64,000 nt of DNA from Eledone cirrhosa. Its lineage: Eukaryota. The first letter of the stretch is position 1, and each line of letters starts with the position of its first letter. Positions 27,744 to 41,993 of this stretch are shown here, one piece after another. The stretch lies in contig OZ024743.1 of the NCBI GenBank assembly GCA_964016885.1, forward strand, positions 47,430,001 to 47,494,000. Reading direction: 5' to 3'. The translations under genes and the position numbers were made by a program. The notes beneath the pieces are model-generated. The model was not told where the DNA came from and did no database searches. It saw nothing but the letters and a program-made list of their open reading frames with translations.

Positions 27744-29449
27744 TTACAAGAACGGTAAAATATAACCAACTAAATAGGTTTTAGCTGGTGCCCCAGCATG
27801 ACCAAAGCTCAATTACTGAAACTAGTAAAAGAATTTAAGAATAAAAGTCTGAAATGGAGAAGTACACCCACGGGGCTATTTCTTACCGGTTGACCGTTTT
27901 ACTGATTGCCACCCTTACTGTATCTCACTTCCTCGACCCCACATTAAATACTTTACCCAACACTTCCTCTCAAGAAATGGAATTTCCTCTCCACCGACGA
28001 TCATTTTTTTAGATATCAACCTACGAATGTTCAAATTGAACATCAACCGCATCAGTTTCACCAGTCTGAGATGACCTGCAGAGGTCATGGAGGTAGACCT
28101 CTCCTAAAATATAAAAAGAAAGGTTTATTCTGTGACTATGTATAGTAAGTTATTCCGACTCCCACCGAACCCCACCGAGGTCAACTGTGCTTTTCGTCAT
28201 TTCGATGTCAATAAATATTGTACCAGTCTAGAAGCGATGGATTGACAAAATTAAAATTGTTAAAGCGTCTTACGGAATGTTTTGTCATAACTCTTCCAGT
28301 TCTGAAACTTCTGCGTTCAAATCCCACCTCTTGTCACCGGAAAAGTGATGACACTTCTACCAGAAGATGTAACAAGCAGAAAAGATCAGCATTAGAAAGA
28401 CCAATGGAAACATAAATTCCTTGGTCCAATCTGACAATAGTTTCCTTCTCTTTTTGGCTAAGTTTTTCTCCGTGGATAAGTCAGATGGTTTTCAATCTGG
28501 AGTGAGAATCAAATGAGATTTGAATCTGATTTTTATATCCACAGGGAGATAGAAAAAGATATGTTTTTAATGTCACAATATAGTGACGGGTCCAGTGTTT
28601 TGCGGAAAGGGGTTCCTTTGAACCACGTTATAAATATAGCCAAGAGGTAACACTGTATGATATCTAATTAATTAGCTATATTCCTTCCAGGGGGTGAAGA
28701 ACTGGCAAAGTTGTTAGAACGTCGAATGATATTCAAACCAACTTTCTGCACTCTGAATTCAAATCCTGTCGAGGTCAACTTTGCCTTTCATCTTTTCGAG
28801 GTCGATAACAAAATACCAGTTCCGTTATGGGGGTGATTCTTCCTTTATCTGTATTTATTTCTCACTTCCTCTCTACCATTCTCTTTCTCCCTCTCTTCTA
28901 CTCAGGTAGAAATCGACTGTATTCAAGCCTTTTATTCCATCAAGATTTACGAGTCCTTACATACATTCAAACCAGGTGGAGGTATGGATGAGTGTTTAAG
29001 AAGTTCGCTTCCCATTCATCAGGATCTAGCTTTATGTGTGAAATTGGATCGATGGAAACTGTGTGAAATTATGTCGAATATATTGTCCAGTGTCTGAAAG
29101 GGGACAGAACGAACGTGAACAGATTGAGAATAAACAGACAGAGAAGCTGGCTTGATTTGAGCTAAAATACCCACAGGTTTCACCAAAGCTATTTCCGATG
29201 GTGACAATATCGATATTGTAGCCTACTATTAGTACTGCTGTGTTAATGTTGCTACATATATATGAGTACATACTCCATCAATTAATGGATGACAGGCGGA
29301 ATAATTAATATTCGGTTTCTTCACCAAATTGTAACGAAGCTATGTTTATGGATTAAACACACACACGCTCACACACACTCATATACACACACGTATATAT
29401 ATGTGGTTGGGTGGGTGTATGCACACACACACACACATATACATATATA

Positions 29450-30492
<1,043 letters not shown>

Positions 30493-30515
30493 TATATATA
30501 TATATATATATATAT

Positions 30516-30586
<71 letters not shown>

Positions 30587-31813
30587 TATAGAGAGACAGA
30601 TAGACCACACCACACTGATAAAAACTAAGACTTTGGGGGGGAGATTCGGGGGACGGTTGAAGCATTTCTGAATGAGGAGGGGGAGGGGGGGTCAATTTAG
30701 TTGTACTGATTAGTTTAGCTCTTTGCAATCTTAAATGGTCAGAAAACATCGATATGCGATAAACATAACATGTACATAAATTGTAGCGCATATACAAATA
30801 GATGTGTATTTTGGTAGATTGGGGAGAAAAATATAATCATTAAGGGGGTGGACCATCCCCCCCCCTTTCCACTGACCCTGGGGTTAGGCACAACCTTATC
30901 TAAATACATCTGGATTTTAAAAAAACAAACAACTACAATACTGTCTTTACGACAGTTTGGTCTATCCTCGAAAATGTATTCCTATATATGAAGAATTACA
31001 GCTTTTACCTCACCGAAAAATTTCATATTCTATAACAGAATTTTAACATTCTGTTTAAGAAATTTGAATTTGTAAAATTCTTGAAGACATCATGGCAGCT
31101 TTAATTTGTTAAAGTATGTAAATATATATCTTGCTATTATATGACGTTTTTTTTTTAAACAGTTTTTAAACACAAACTTCATTCATAACGAAGTTTTAGC
31201 ATTGGCTAATCATATTTTGAAATTTCGTAATATTTCGGTTATAATTTTTAACTAAATTGAAACCACTTCGACCTTTACATTGCTAGATATAACAGACCTG
31301 CCAACCTCTAAAAACACAAACGACGCGTACTATGAAAAAAAGTGCCCCCAAAACGGGGAGAAATGAGGCAAAATGGGGAGATTTTATATAATGAAACCTA
31401 TCCCCATGTTTCCAAGAGAAGACATCTCTCATCCACCCCAAAGTGTTTGAGAGATCTGTAAATATATTTGACAGGTCTGTAAATATATATCTTACCATTG
31501 TATGACATCTTTTTAACAGTTATTTACACATCGTTTACAACGAAATTTTAACATTCGCTAATCAAATTTTGAACTTTCGTAATTTTTCCGTTATAATTTT
31601 AACTAAATTGAAATCGCTTCGACCTTTACATTGCTAGATATAAATTCATAATCCGTGGTTTCTATTTGAATAACCGCAAATAGGTTTCGTGAAATTCAGA
31701 GTAAATTATATATCACTTTACTTAATATACTGAGTATTTCTTTTTCTAGCTTGAAACACATTTATCTATCTGTCTAATCTGTCTAGCTAACTAGCAAACA
31801 ACCCCCCCCTTTC

Positions 31814-31848
<35 letters not shown>

Positions 31849-31853
31849 CTTTC

Positions 31854-31905
<52 letters not shown>

Positions 31906-31909
31906 CTTT

Positions 31910-31943
<34 letters not shown>

Positions 31944-32076
31944 CTATCTATCAATAAACATAGATAGACTGGGAGAGAGTATGTTTGTAAGAGGAAGAGA
32001 GGATGACAGGAAGAAATATATACAATAAAGAACGTTGATTTGTGAGTAAACTGTTAATCTTACAACTGTAATTTAT

Positions 32077-32110
<34 letters not shown>

Positions 32111-32804
32111 AGAGAGTATTGAAGTTTGCTTGAAGCATTGTGGAACAATAAGTAAATATCTTTAAGTCGTTTGGAAGCCTCGACAATGCAAATGGGTAAA
32201 TCTCCGGGTAACAAGGTCCGGTGGTGGAGAGAGAGAGATGTAAGTGGGTGTACGTTGAGATGCGTGGTGTGTATAAGATGTGTGAGATGTGTAGAATGAA
32301 GGGAAGAGTATAAAGGATAAAATAAAAATGACAACACAAGAGAGAGTTACCTTGGGAGAGATTTAATAGTCCCTATATATTTCGGATTCACATCCATCAA
32401 CTGGGTTTTTTTTTCGGGGTGGGGGAAAAGGTTGTCTGTCGGACAAGTCCGGAACGCGTCCTTCGCTGTTTGTTGTTTTGAATATCTGAGGTATTCGGCA
32501 GAGCGCGCGTGCGCGTGAAATGGGGTCGGTCGTACAGAGGTCAGCGGCCGAATGAGGGAGTGGGATGGCGCTAGCTGTCAGTCCATTCTCTGCCTGTTTG
32601 TTAAATGTTACTGTGTGTGTGTGTGCGTGTGTTGTTGTCTCGCTTGAGTGTGTGTGTGTGTGTGTGTGTGCGTGTGTTGTTGCCTTGTTCCTCTGTATTG
32701 GCAGTGTGTATGTTCGTATGGTGGAATGCTACTGTGTATGTGTGCGTGTGTGTGTGTAGTTGTCTCGTTTGCGTGTGTTGTGTGTTGTTGCATCGATTGT
32801 TAAC

Positions 32805-33686
32805 TTAAACCAGCCATCTCATTTCGCTTCTCTCTGATCGGTTGTTTATTTGCGGTTGCAGTCGTTTGATAAAAAGCGCTTCCTTGATACGTAACGTGCC
32901 GACGTTTCTTTCAGTCGCTAGAATTGTGACAATGGGCCTTCCGTCTTTGTTTCCTCATTTGTCTATGTGTTTCCGGAAAGACGAGGCGCTGGTTTTAGTG
33001 TGTTCCTTGATCCGGATGTGCAAAGGTCGAGTTGTGCTACCTATGTAGTATTGGTTGCACCTGTCACATTCTATCTTATACACGACGTATGTGCGTAGGC
33101 AACAGTTCGCATGGCGTATCGGGCAGTCTCTGAGGGAGCATGCGTCAGTAGATTTTTCGGGTTTCCTGGAGAGGCATCTTCGCAGGGAAAGGCCCGAGTG
33201 GGCCAGGTGGATGTCGAGGCCCTCCCTCCGTATAGCCTTGCGGATAGCGTTGGTGGTTTTCTCGCCCAGGTGTGGCATTTTAAGGAAGCACTTGCCATGG
33301 GTCCTTCTCTGTCTCTTGCGTCTGGTGTCTCCTATTCTGTCTGTGATCGAGGTAGGGTACCCGTTCGTCTCCAGCACCTCGAGGAATCGCTTGGTATGAG
33401 TGACACCACTCGCAGGATCGCTGCATCTGTTTTTGATTCGCGCGATCACGTTCGTGATGTATCCTCTTTTGGCACTGTTAGGGAGGGCGGACTTGTAGTG
33501 AACGAATAGGTCCCTGCAGGCTGCCTTTCGGTAGAAGTTGCAGTGGATCCTTCCCTGTTCCGTGATGTTGATTCGGAAGTCGAGGAGGGCAAGTGACCCG
33601 TCTTCGTTGGGGTGTTCAACACTGAAGTCAATGTTCTCGTCCGTGATGTTGAACGTCTCATAGATTCTGTTCGCCGTGTCTTGGGA
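32805..33686 (-). pseudogene. PLE RT C-terminus/thumb plus GIY-YIG endonuclease
   Basis: FSVEHPNEDGSLALLDFRI...YRK, L..NGYP, VVYKIECDRCNQYYIGSTTRPLHIRIKEH. One in-frame TGA at 32955, then KEALFIKRLQPQIN. Confidence 0.9.
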
Positions 33687-33972
33687 ACAGTAGCATTCCA
33701 CCATACGAACATACTACACTGCCAATACAGAGGAACAAGGCAACAACACACGCACACACACACACAGTAACATTTAACAAACAGGCAGAGAATGGACTGA
33801 CAGCTAGCGCCATCCCACTCCCTCATTCGGCCGCTGACCTCTGTACGACCGACCCCATTTCACGCGCACGCGCGCTCTGCCGAATACCTCAGATATTCAA
33901 AACAACAAACAGCGAAGGACGCGTTCCGGACTTGTCTGACAGACAACCTTTTCCCCCACCCCGGAAAAAAAA

Positions 33973-34007
33973 CCCAGTTGATGGATGTGAATCCGAAATA
34001 TATAGGG
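33973..34007 (+). ncRNA. Variant hammerhead-like motif in the pLTR (mirror copy at 32371-32405, minus)
   Basis: cc-CAGTTGA-t-GGAT-gtga-ATCC-GAA-ATATAT-A-gg. The core differs from CUGANGA at two positions. Confidence 0.55.
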
Positions 34008-35619
34008 ACTATTAAATCTCTCCCAAGGTAACTCTCTCTTGTGTTGTCATTTTTATTTTATCCTTTATACTCTTCCCTTCATTCTACACATCTCACACAT
34101 CTTATACACACCACGCATCTCAACGTACACCCACTTACATCTCTCTCTCTCCACCACCGGACCTTGTTACCCGGAGATTTACCCATTTGCATTGTCGAGG
34201 CTTCCAAACGACTTAAAGATATTTACATATATATATATATATATATATACATACACACATATGACAAATTTGTCGAGCACTCACTGCTTTGATGACCTCA
34301 TGAAACTGGATGCCGACTTTCAAACCACAACAGCTACGACAATAGCAAGAACAGTTACAACAACAACAACAACAACAATAGCAGCAATAATAGTAACGAC
34401 AACAACAACAACAGCACCAACAAAGCAAGAAGGAAAGTTACAAAGAAATTTAAATAGAAAAAAATAAACTAAACTAAGATAAAATAAAATAAAATAAAAC
34501 AAAACAAACAACACCCCCACACCACCTCCCACGCCCACCCCGCCCTCTCCCAAATTTCAAACAATAGAAATGTTTATTGTTAAATCAACAAACTATTGTT
34601 TATAAAGTAGGTGTTATGACGTCAATCTGTAATGTTTCTCCTTTCGTATTTTATGTCTAGGTCCTCCTTTATCTCCATGACTTTATGTATTATTTCACAA
34701 ACCCCGTATTATAGTCTTTCTTCCTCCTGAGTAACTGTATCATGTTCAGCTTACGCTGCAATTTTCTCACACAGAAGGACGGGGCTCACAACTCATTTTC
34801 AGGGTCTCTGAGACGGATGGGAAGGAGTGAGAGAGGGGTGGGTTATCGGCAAATCACAGGCTTGCTCCAAACGCTTGCAGTCCCACTAAAACAGGTGTTA
34901 AACCGAGAGATAAATTAAGTCTACCACATAATCAGACCACAGCGAGATTTCAGATTCAGAACGCAAAAAGCCGAAACAAATGCCGCTATACATCGCCCTA
35001 GGCGGGTACTTTATTTTATCGATCTTGAAAAGATAAAAGACAAAGTTGAACACGCCTAGATTCGCCATTTAATGTTTTCTATAAAAAATGGTTCTCTGCA
35101 GAGCTGTTCTGCTAGAGAACGGGTCGCAGGTGGCGGATAGTGATACGGCCACTAGATATGATGGTTAGTTGCGATATAAGCGGACTGCTGCCCAGCGAAT
35201 AAGCAATCTCGCACCAACAGAGGTAAACTACTAGTGGAGATGGAGCAATGGGTGACACTGTTGGTCTCTAAGAATACATCCCAATGATGTAGCTACGACG
35301 AGGCGAGTAAAGGCCGCCTCTAAAAAATGCCTGGTCTTTGCAGGTCTGAGAAAAGTAACAAATAAGTGACTGGCGCGAATGACGTCACTAAAACACTGAA
35401 ATATGGCCGGAAAGAGTAAAGACATCCATTTCACATCGTCCTTCACGCAGGATAACAAGAGATATGTTCAGGCTTTAGGTAAATGGGCCTGTTCGAAAAA
35501 CATTGCAGTTTCCACTCAACGCTACAAGAACTGACGATGAACCTGCGACCTGTCCTGGGAGGCGTGGGATGGAAGCACAAAGGTTGCCTATCTCGAGACC
35601 CTGCGGTGGATTCGGAAGG

Positions 35620-36150
35620 GAGCAAACCTTGATAATTACCTTGACAGGTAAGGAGCAGGAACTAGTGGATGAGGCTAGATGGTATTGGCTAGGTATAGTT
35701 GGAGCTTATGTGGTTTTCGTGCTGTAGATTTGGATGGAGCATGGAAATTCCACTTTTCAGGTGTGGCACCAGAAAAGACTGCACAGGTGAGACTGGAGAT
35801 ACACACAAGCCCTCGGGTTGTCAGAATGTATTATGGACTGGATCCCATTGGGAGAGAGAATTTGCCTCTTGAAGCTTTGGTTGAAAGAAAGGTCTCTGAA
35901 TATGATGCAAATGTATGTACCAAATAGAGAGCCCGAATTCAGATCCTTGATGAAATCACTGCATTGTTAGCTGTTAAGACTGAGTCATATATCCCTATAG
36001 GAGACTCCAATGCAGATGTTGGCACTGACTGCCTGATATAGAAAGGAGTGATTGGAAGGAACGGCGATCCTGATCTAAATACGAATGGAGAAGCCTTATT
36101 AGATTTCTGTTCTAGTAATGGGTTCTCTATTATGAACAGCTTTTGAAAGC
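35620..36150 (+). pseudogene. Decayed apurinic-endonuclease domain of an RTE-type LINE
   Basis: IGDSNADVG...GVIGRNGDPDLNTNGEALLDFCSSNGFSIMNSF. Confidence 0.7.
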
Positions 36151-36289
36151 TGTGGCTAAACAGGGAGTAATAGACAGGGAAACTATTGCAGGAAAGGAAG
36201 AATGGTAAGAGCGAACAGAACAAGAAAAGATCAATAAAATTGTAAATAAAGTATCGCACGGACAATTTGAACGGAAAACGAAAGCTTCA

Positions 36290-37055
36290 AAAACTAAGTC
36301 TTGAAACTGGCTGAGTAAGGGGTAACTTGAAAAGAGAAACAAAAAACCTAATTATGGCTGATCAAGAACAAGCATTAAACACAAATTGGATCAAAAGAGA
36401 TATTTATAAAATGGAAGTCTCTAACAGGTGTAGATTGTGTGTAGAGCAAGTAGAGAACATAGTATGTTGACACAGAGAGAGTATAAAAGAGAGCATGACA
36501 ATGTCTACCTTAGACTCCAGTGGTTACGGTGCAGAAAGTAGGACATGGAAACTACTGACAAATGCTATCAACATAAACCAGTAGCAGTTATTGAAAACGC
36601 AAATGCCAAAATAGTGTTGTGTGTGTACATTCAAGTAGACAGATAAATCATACATTGAAAACCCGACATAGTTGATGAGAATAAGTAAGTGCTGTGTTAT
36701 TGATGCGGCATGTTCAGTTGATAAGTTGATGCTAAAACGAGTTGAAAAGCTGAACAATTACATTGAATTACATGTTGAATTGAGAAGAATGTGAGGAAGA
36801 GGAACATACATTCCACCTATAATTATAGGAGCACTTGGATCAATACCACAAGAAATTCACAGCTATTTGAAAATGATTGATATTGAGTACAAAATCAATA
36901 CACTCTAACATTCGGAGCTTCTAGTAACTGCTCATATCTTCGGAAAATATTGGAAACTAACAGTGGCCTGAAAGTATCCTTCTTAAGCTTTCAATGGCCA
37001 GAGAAGTCACATTGACCGGATTAATAAAACCTTAATGTCGTGAAACTCAATAATA
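36290..37055 (+). pseudogene. Old R4/Dong-like RLE 3' remnant
   Basis: MADQEQALNTNWIK, CRLCVEQVE, KPDIV, IIIGALGSIP; ends in (TAA)n. Confidence 0.75.
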
Positions 37056-37080
37056 ATGATTATTATTATTGTTGTTATTA

Positions 37081-39571
37081 CTCTTTGAGTCTCAATCATT
37101 GATGATAGTTAACTGGAAAGTTTGTTGAAATGAATATCAAGCCACTACCTGCAGCCTCAGATATTCAGGACGTATCGGAGGGTTCTTGCTGTTCCCAGCA
37201 AGCATGCCTTTTGAAGCGTTCCAAAAAGCGTGAAGGGGCCAATTTTCTTTAACCATCCCTGGAAACTTTTTGAGATAGTCCCTAGTGCGCCTATGACAAT
37301 CGGGATCACTTTGACTTCATGGCAGTTCCAAATCCTTTTTACCTCCCACTTTAAGTCCTGGTATCGGTTCATTTTCTCCCTCTCCTTCTCTTGCACTCTC
37401 GTGTCGAATGGGCAGGCCACATCCACAATCAGGCACGATCTTTTTTCTTTGTCCACAACCACCAGGTCAGGTCTATTGTGTTCCAGTTTCTTGTCCGTCT
37501 GTATCCTAAAATCCCACAGCACCTTCACCTGATCGTTTTCTATCACCGCCTCTGGCTTATGCTCATACCACTTCTCAGAATGTGGTAAATTGTTTACTTT
37601 GCATAGGTGCCAGTGGATCACCCTGCCCATCACATCATGTCTCCAGCCCTTATAGTGAGTCTGGGCTAGGTGTTTACACTCGGATACAATGTGAGCCACA
37701 GTCTCCTCTCTCTCTCCACAGATCCTGCACAGTGGGCTAGCCTCCTCCTTGTAAATATGGTGTTTCAACCACTTCGTTTTGAGGGCCTGCTCCTGCGCAG
37801 CCATTAACATTCCTTCTGTAGCCTTTTTAAGGTCTCCTCTTTTCAACCAGTTCCATGTCTGTGGATCTCTAAATTCAGTTTTCTCAAAGAAGGTACTATG
37901 AAGGGATTTTTCCTGAAGGCTGCTCTTTCTCCTTGATGTTATTTCCTCCTTGGACATCCCCTGGCCTATTGTCCCCTCCTTCAGTACAGTTCTGAGCATT
38001 GGCTCCTTACTATCAGTCACGTATTTGTGTAGGTTGTTTTTCTCCATCTGAACACAGTCCTCTATGCTGATAAGACCTCTTCCACCTTCAGATCTCCTTA
38101 AGTAGAGTCTATCGACATCACTCCTCTTGTGGAACATGTTGTAGATAGTCAATAGCTTCCTAGTCTTCCTATCCATTTCTTTTTGTTCAGCAACATTCCA
38201 TCTCAGAATTCCCGCACTGTACCTAATAATAGACACAGCTCGGGAATTTACTGCACTTATGGCATTCCTACTGTTCAGATGTGACTTTAATACGCTCCTT
38301 ACTCTCCGAATGTATTCAGTTCTTATCAATTCCTTCATTTTTTTGTTCTTGATGTCATCAGCCTCCAGAACGCCCAAATACTTGTATCCTTCTTCAGAGT
38401 CAATTTCCTTTATCATCTCACCTGTTGGTACCTGGATTCCGTTACTTCTGCTCAACTTACCCCTCCTCATCACAATGACTCCACACTTACTAATACCAAA
38501 TTACATACATATATCATTGCTGAAAATACGGACAGTGTCAACAAGCACATCCAACTCCTTCTCACTCTTCCCGAAGAGCTTAAGGTGATTGATGGTAAGC
38601 CCTCCCTTTCCCAACCCGTATCCTGCTCTCACTTTTCGCAGTACACTGGTCAGGGGCATCAGGGCAAGGACAAACAACAGAGGGGACAGACTATCTCCCT
38701 GGAAGATACCTCTCTTGATCTTCACGCTTCCCAAGGATTCTCCAGTTGATGTTAACTCTGTTTCCCAGGACTTCATACTTTTTCCCAACAACTGTCTGAT
38801 GTTATCTGCCACCTTGAAGATCTCCAGGCTTTTGGTGATCCAAGAATGAGGCACAATGTCAAATGCCTTTTTGTAGTCTATCCATCCCATGGCAAGACCA
38901 GTGTGTCTCCTCTTGCAATTCCTCATTACCATCTTATCAATAAGCAACTGGTCCTTTGTGCCACGAGACTTCTTTCGGCATCCTTTCTGTTCGTCCGGTA
39001 ACAAGTTGTTTGTGTGGAGGTGATGGTAGATTTCCTCAGACATAATGCTTGTCAACAGTTTCCACATTACGGACAGACATGTGATAGGTCTATAGTTGGT
39101 AACATCATTACCCTTGATTCGGTCTTTCATTATCAGAACTGTGGTACCTTTTGTCAACCACTCTGGTACCTCACCTGACATCAAGCAGTCATTGAACATG
39201 GTTGTCAGTTTCGGGTGGAGGGATGTTATATTTTTAATCCAATACCCCTGCACACCATCTGGGCCTGGTGATTTCCAGTTGGTTAGTTTTTTGGCCTGCC
39301 CCTTAAGAGTTTCAACTGTGATACTCAAATCAGTTTGTTGGTGTGCCTGTTCACTAATCTCCCTCTGTACTGTCTCAATCTACACTGCCTGGTCATTATG
39401 TTTAACATCCTGCTCCCATATTCCTCTCCAGAATGTTTTAGTTTGTTCCGCCTCAGGGATCAAGTCGTTGCCTCTTTCTTTCCCTTCAAGCTGTCCAAAC
39501 AGCATCTTCTGGTTGTTGTCGAACATGCGGTTCTGTCTATACTGACTGACTCTGTTCTCGTATCGCCTGAT
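37081..39571 (-). mobile_element. 5'-truncated R4/Dong-clade non-LTR retrotransposon (RT, CCHC finger, restriction-like endonuclease)
   Basis: ORFs 38501-39328 (KSPGPDG, YRPITCL, DYKKAFD, GIFQGDSLSPLLF) and 37157-38473 (CRICGEREETVAHIVSEC, RHD, RPDLVVVD, D..CP.D, KMNRY). TAA/ATT tracts at both ends. Confidence 0.92.
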
Positions 39572-39939
39572 TTAATAATATCGCCGGATTAATAATATTA
39601 TTATTATTATTATTGAATGCTATGGTTGACGGAGGCTCGGCTCTGTAAGGTATTGTAAATTTTGACCGCTATAACAATTGTAAATTGTTTAAAACTTTAA
39701 CCAACTTGTAGACAAAAACACCCTCCTCCTCGTGAGAGGGGTCTTTCTGTCCGTTATTTGGCCCTTCGGGGTTAAATAACCGCTTATTGGGGTTTTGTGC
39801 CCAATATTTATTTTAAACAAAAAAACAACATGGCTACGAAAAAGAATTTTCATAGGTCACTCCCACTCATTCCGTCTTCTTCTTCCTCAATCGTCACTAC
39901 AGCAGAGAGAAGATTGCTCTCTCCCTCCCTTCTTTAAAT

Positions 39940-40194
39940 GTGTCTCTCTTCTCCCTCCCTTCTCTTTCGCAAGCGACGACAGAAAAAAAAAATCTCGTGC
40001 AAAGCGTGCAAGATTTCTCCACGACGACGACGACAACGACGAAACAGGTGTGCGGGAAATACGAAAACCCATTTCATTCGTCTGACGTCAGGAATAATAG
40101 CAGTAGCAGCCGTAATAACAGCAGCAACAGTGACAAGGAAAACAACAGTAGCAGCCGCAACAGCATCAGCAGCAGCATAAACAACAACAGCATT

Positions 40195-40228
<34 letters not shown>

Positions 40229-41958
40229 ACAACAACCACAGCAACAGCGGCGCCGGCAGTAGTCGTAGTACCTGCAGCAACAACAAAAGTAACAGCAGCT
40301 CTGACGACAACAACAACAACAACAGCAGCAAAGAAAAACCAATCTCGTTTGCAGGTATCGCAAAGAACCTGGAAACCATCCTCATGACAAATGAGGAATT
40401 AAAGGAAGCGAAGAAGATGGTGACAAAAACTGGACACCGAGCAATCTGCAAGGCAGCGGAAAATGTTTTCGAAACCCAAGAGCACTGTACGGTCACGTAC
40501 CGTACAGTAAGTACAAAATCCCGTAGGGTTGAAAGAGCCACAGAGGCTCAAATACAAAAAGCCTTGGGGTCTGTGTGGCAGCGGATCACCCGAGGCAAGA
40601 AATATGCCACCGTAGACGTACTTTTTGCCACACCCCAGGAGGCAAAGGATCAATCCTTAGTGACCCTAAGGAGCGAGGAAATGGTGTTGGTGCCCTCCTA
40701 CTGCGGGCAAAAAATTGTGAGGGTCAAACTGACCCACGTCCCCCCCCCCCCCCCCGGGATGACCCCTTTTTGGCTGGCCGCGTCTGTCCTCGTCCGAATC
40801 GAGGACAAAACAACTGTACTGCAAGTACAGAAAAAAGTAAGAGAAGATTGGGTCGGCACCTCCATTGAGATGGTAATCCAAACCAACCAGGAGTGCATCG
40901 AAGCTATCCCGGATGTGATAGACTTCGATAACGGCACTCAACTGCCCATAAGTGTTGAGGGCAAACGCCCGAAATGCTTTCGCTGTGGATCGAAGACTCA
41001 CCTCAGGGCCTTTTGCAACGAGAAGACCCTGAAAAAGGAGAAAACCCCCCTCCTTCCGAAACCGGCTCCACGGCTACCAGCAACAGGACAAGCGGCAACC
41101 AGGAACGATAGATCCGTGGCACCCATACCCACGCCACGGAAATCAAAAACAGCAGCAGCAGTGGAAGTATTAACAACAACAGCAATACCAAATGCAGCTG
41201 CAACAGAGACTCCAGTGCAAACATCACCAACAACAACAAGTGAAAGAGTGGAGCTGGTACCCCTCCCCGACCTCACAGAATCAGACATGGAGTGTGAGGT
41301 GGGAGAGGGATGGCAAAAGGTCGTAAGAAGGCACAAACGCAGAAGCAGCGCATCGTCGCCATCGAAAAGGGAGGAAAGAAATGAAAAAAGGGTAAAGGCT
41401 ACTGCAAAGAGACTCACAGCAGCAACACCACCAACACCATCACCACCCACACTAGCACCACCATCACCACCGGCGACAACCCCACCGCCAACAACAACAA
41501 CACCTTCAACACCACCACCACAAGCACCAACATCGCAAACACAACAACAAAACACACACACCCAGCAACAACGACAAGAAAATAGCAGAACCACACCCCA
41601 CCCCCAGAAAAACAAATGCACGGCAATAAATACACACAACGAGAAACTAATGACTTACATAATTAAACACACAGACATTTCACAACACGACTACATAATA
41701 CCAGCACCAATCAAAACGCCAACTAACATAAGACTGCTAACAATAGCACAGAAATAATACACAAACATTAAAACGAAATTCCCCAACGCAGTTGGTGATT
41801 TCAGAGACCTAGGAAAGACTCTCAACCGAAGAGTATATTCGGACATACTCATAGAAGAGCCGACGACCAGCCGAAGGGACGATTCAACGGTCCCTTCACC
41901 AGACGATCAAGTGAAAAGGGACGGAAAAACCATCCCTCCTCTACGAAAAGTACGGTAG
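39940..41958 (+). CDS. Tx1 ORF1 (nucleic-acid-binding, CX2CX4HX4C knuckle); premature TAA at 41755; true start uncertain
   Basis: CFRCGSKTHLRAFC. The frame continues past the stop to ...LRKVR-TAG, homologous to the copy 2 C-terminus. Confidence 0.85.
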
Positions 41959-41993
41959 GTGGTCTTTCCCATCTTTTCCACTGTATTTTAAAC

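Larger units (their letters stand above)
32111..34226 (-). mobile_element. Penelope-like retroelement: 5'-truncated ORF between inverted pLTRs, inserted in (TA)n
   Basis: 32152-32735 is the reverse complement of 33687-34226 (microsatellite-length differences aside); (TA)n on both flanks. Confidence 0.9.
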
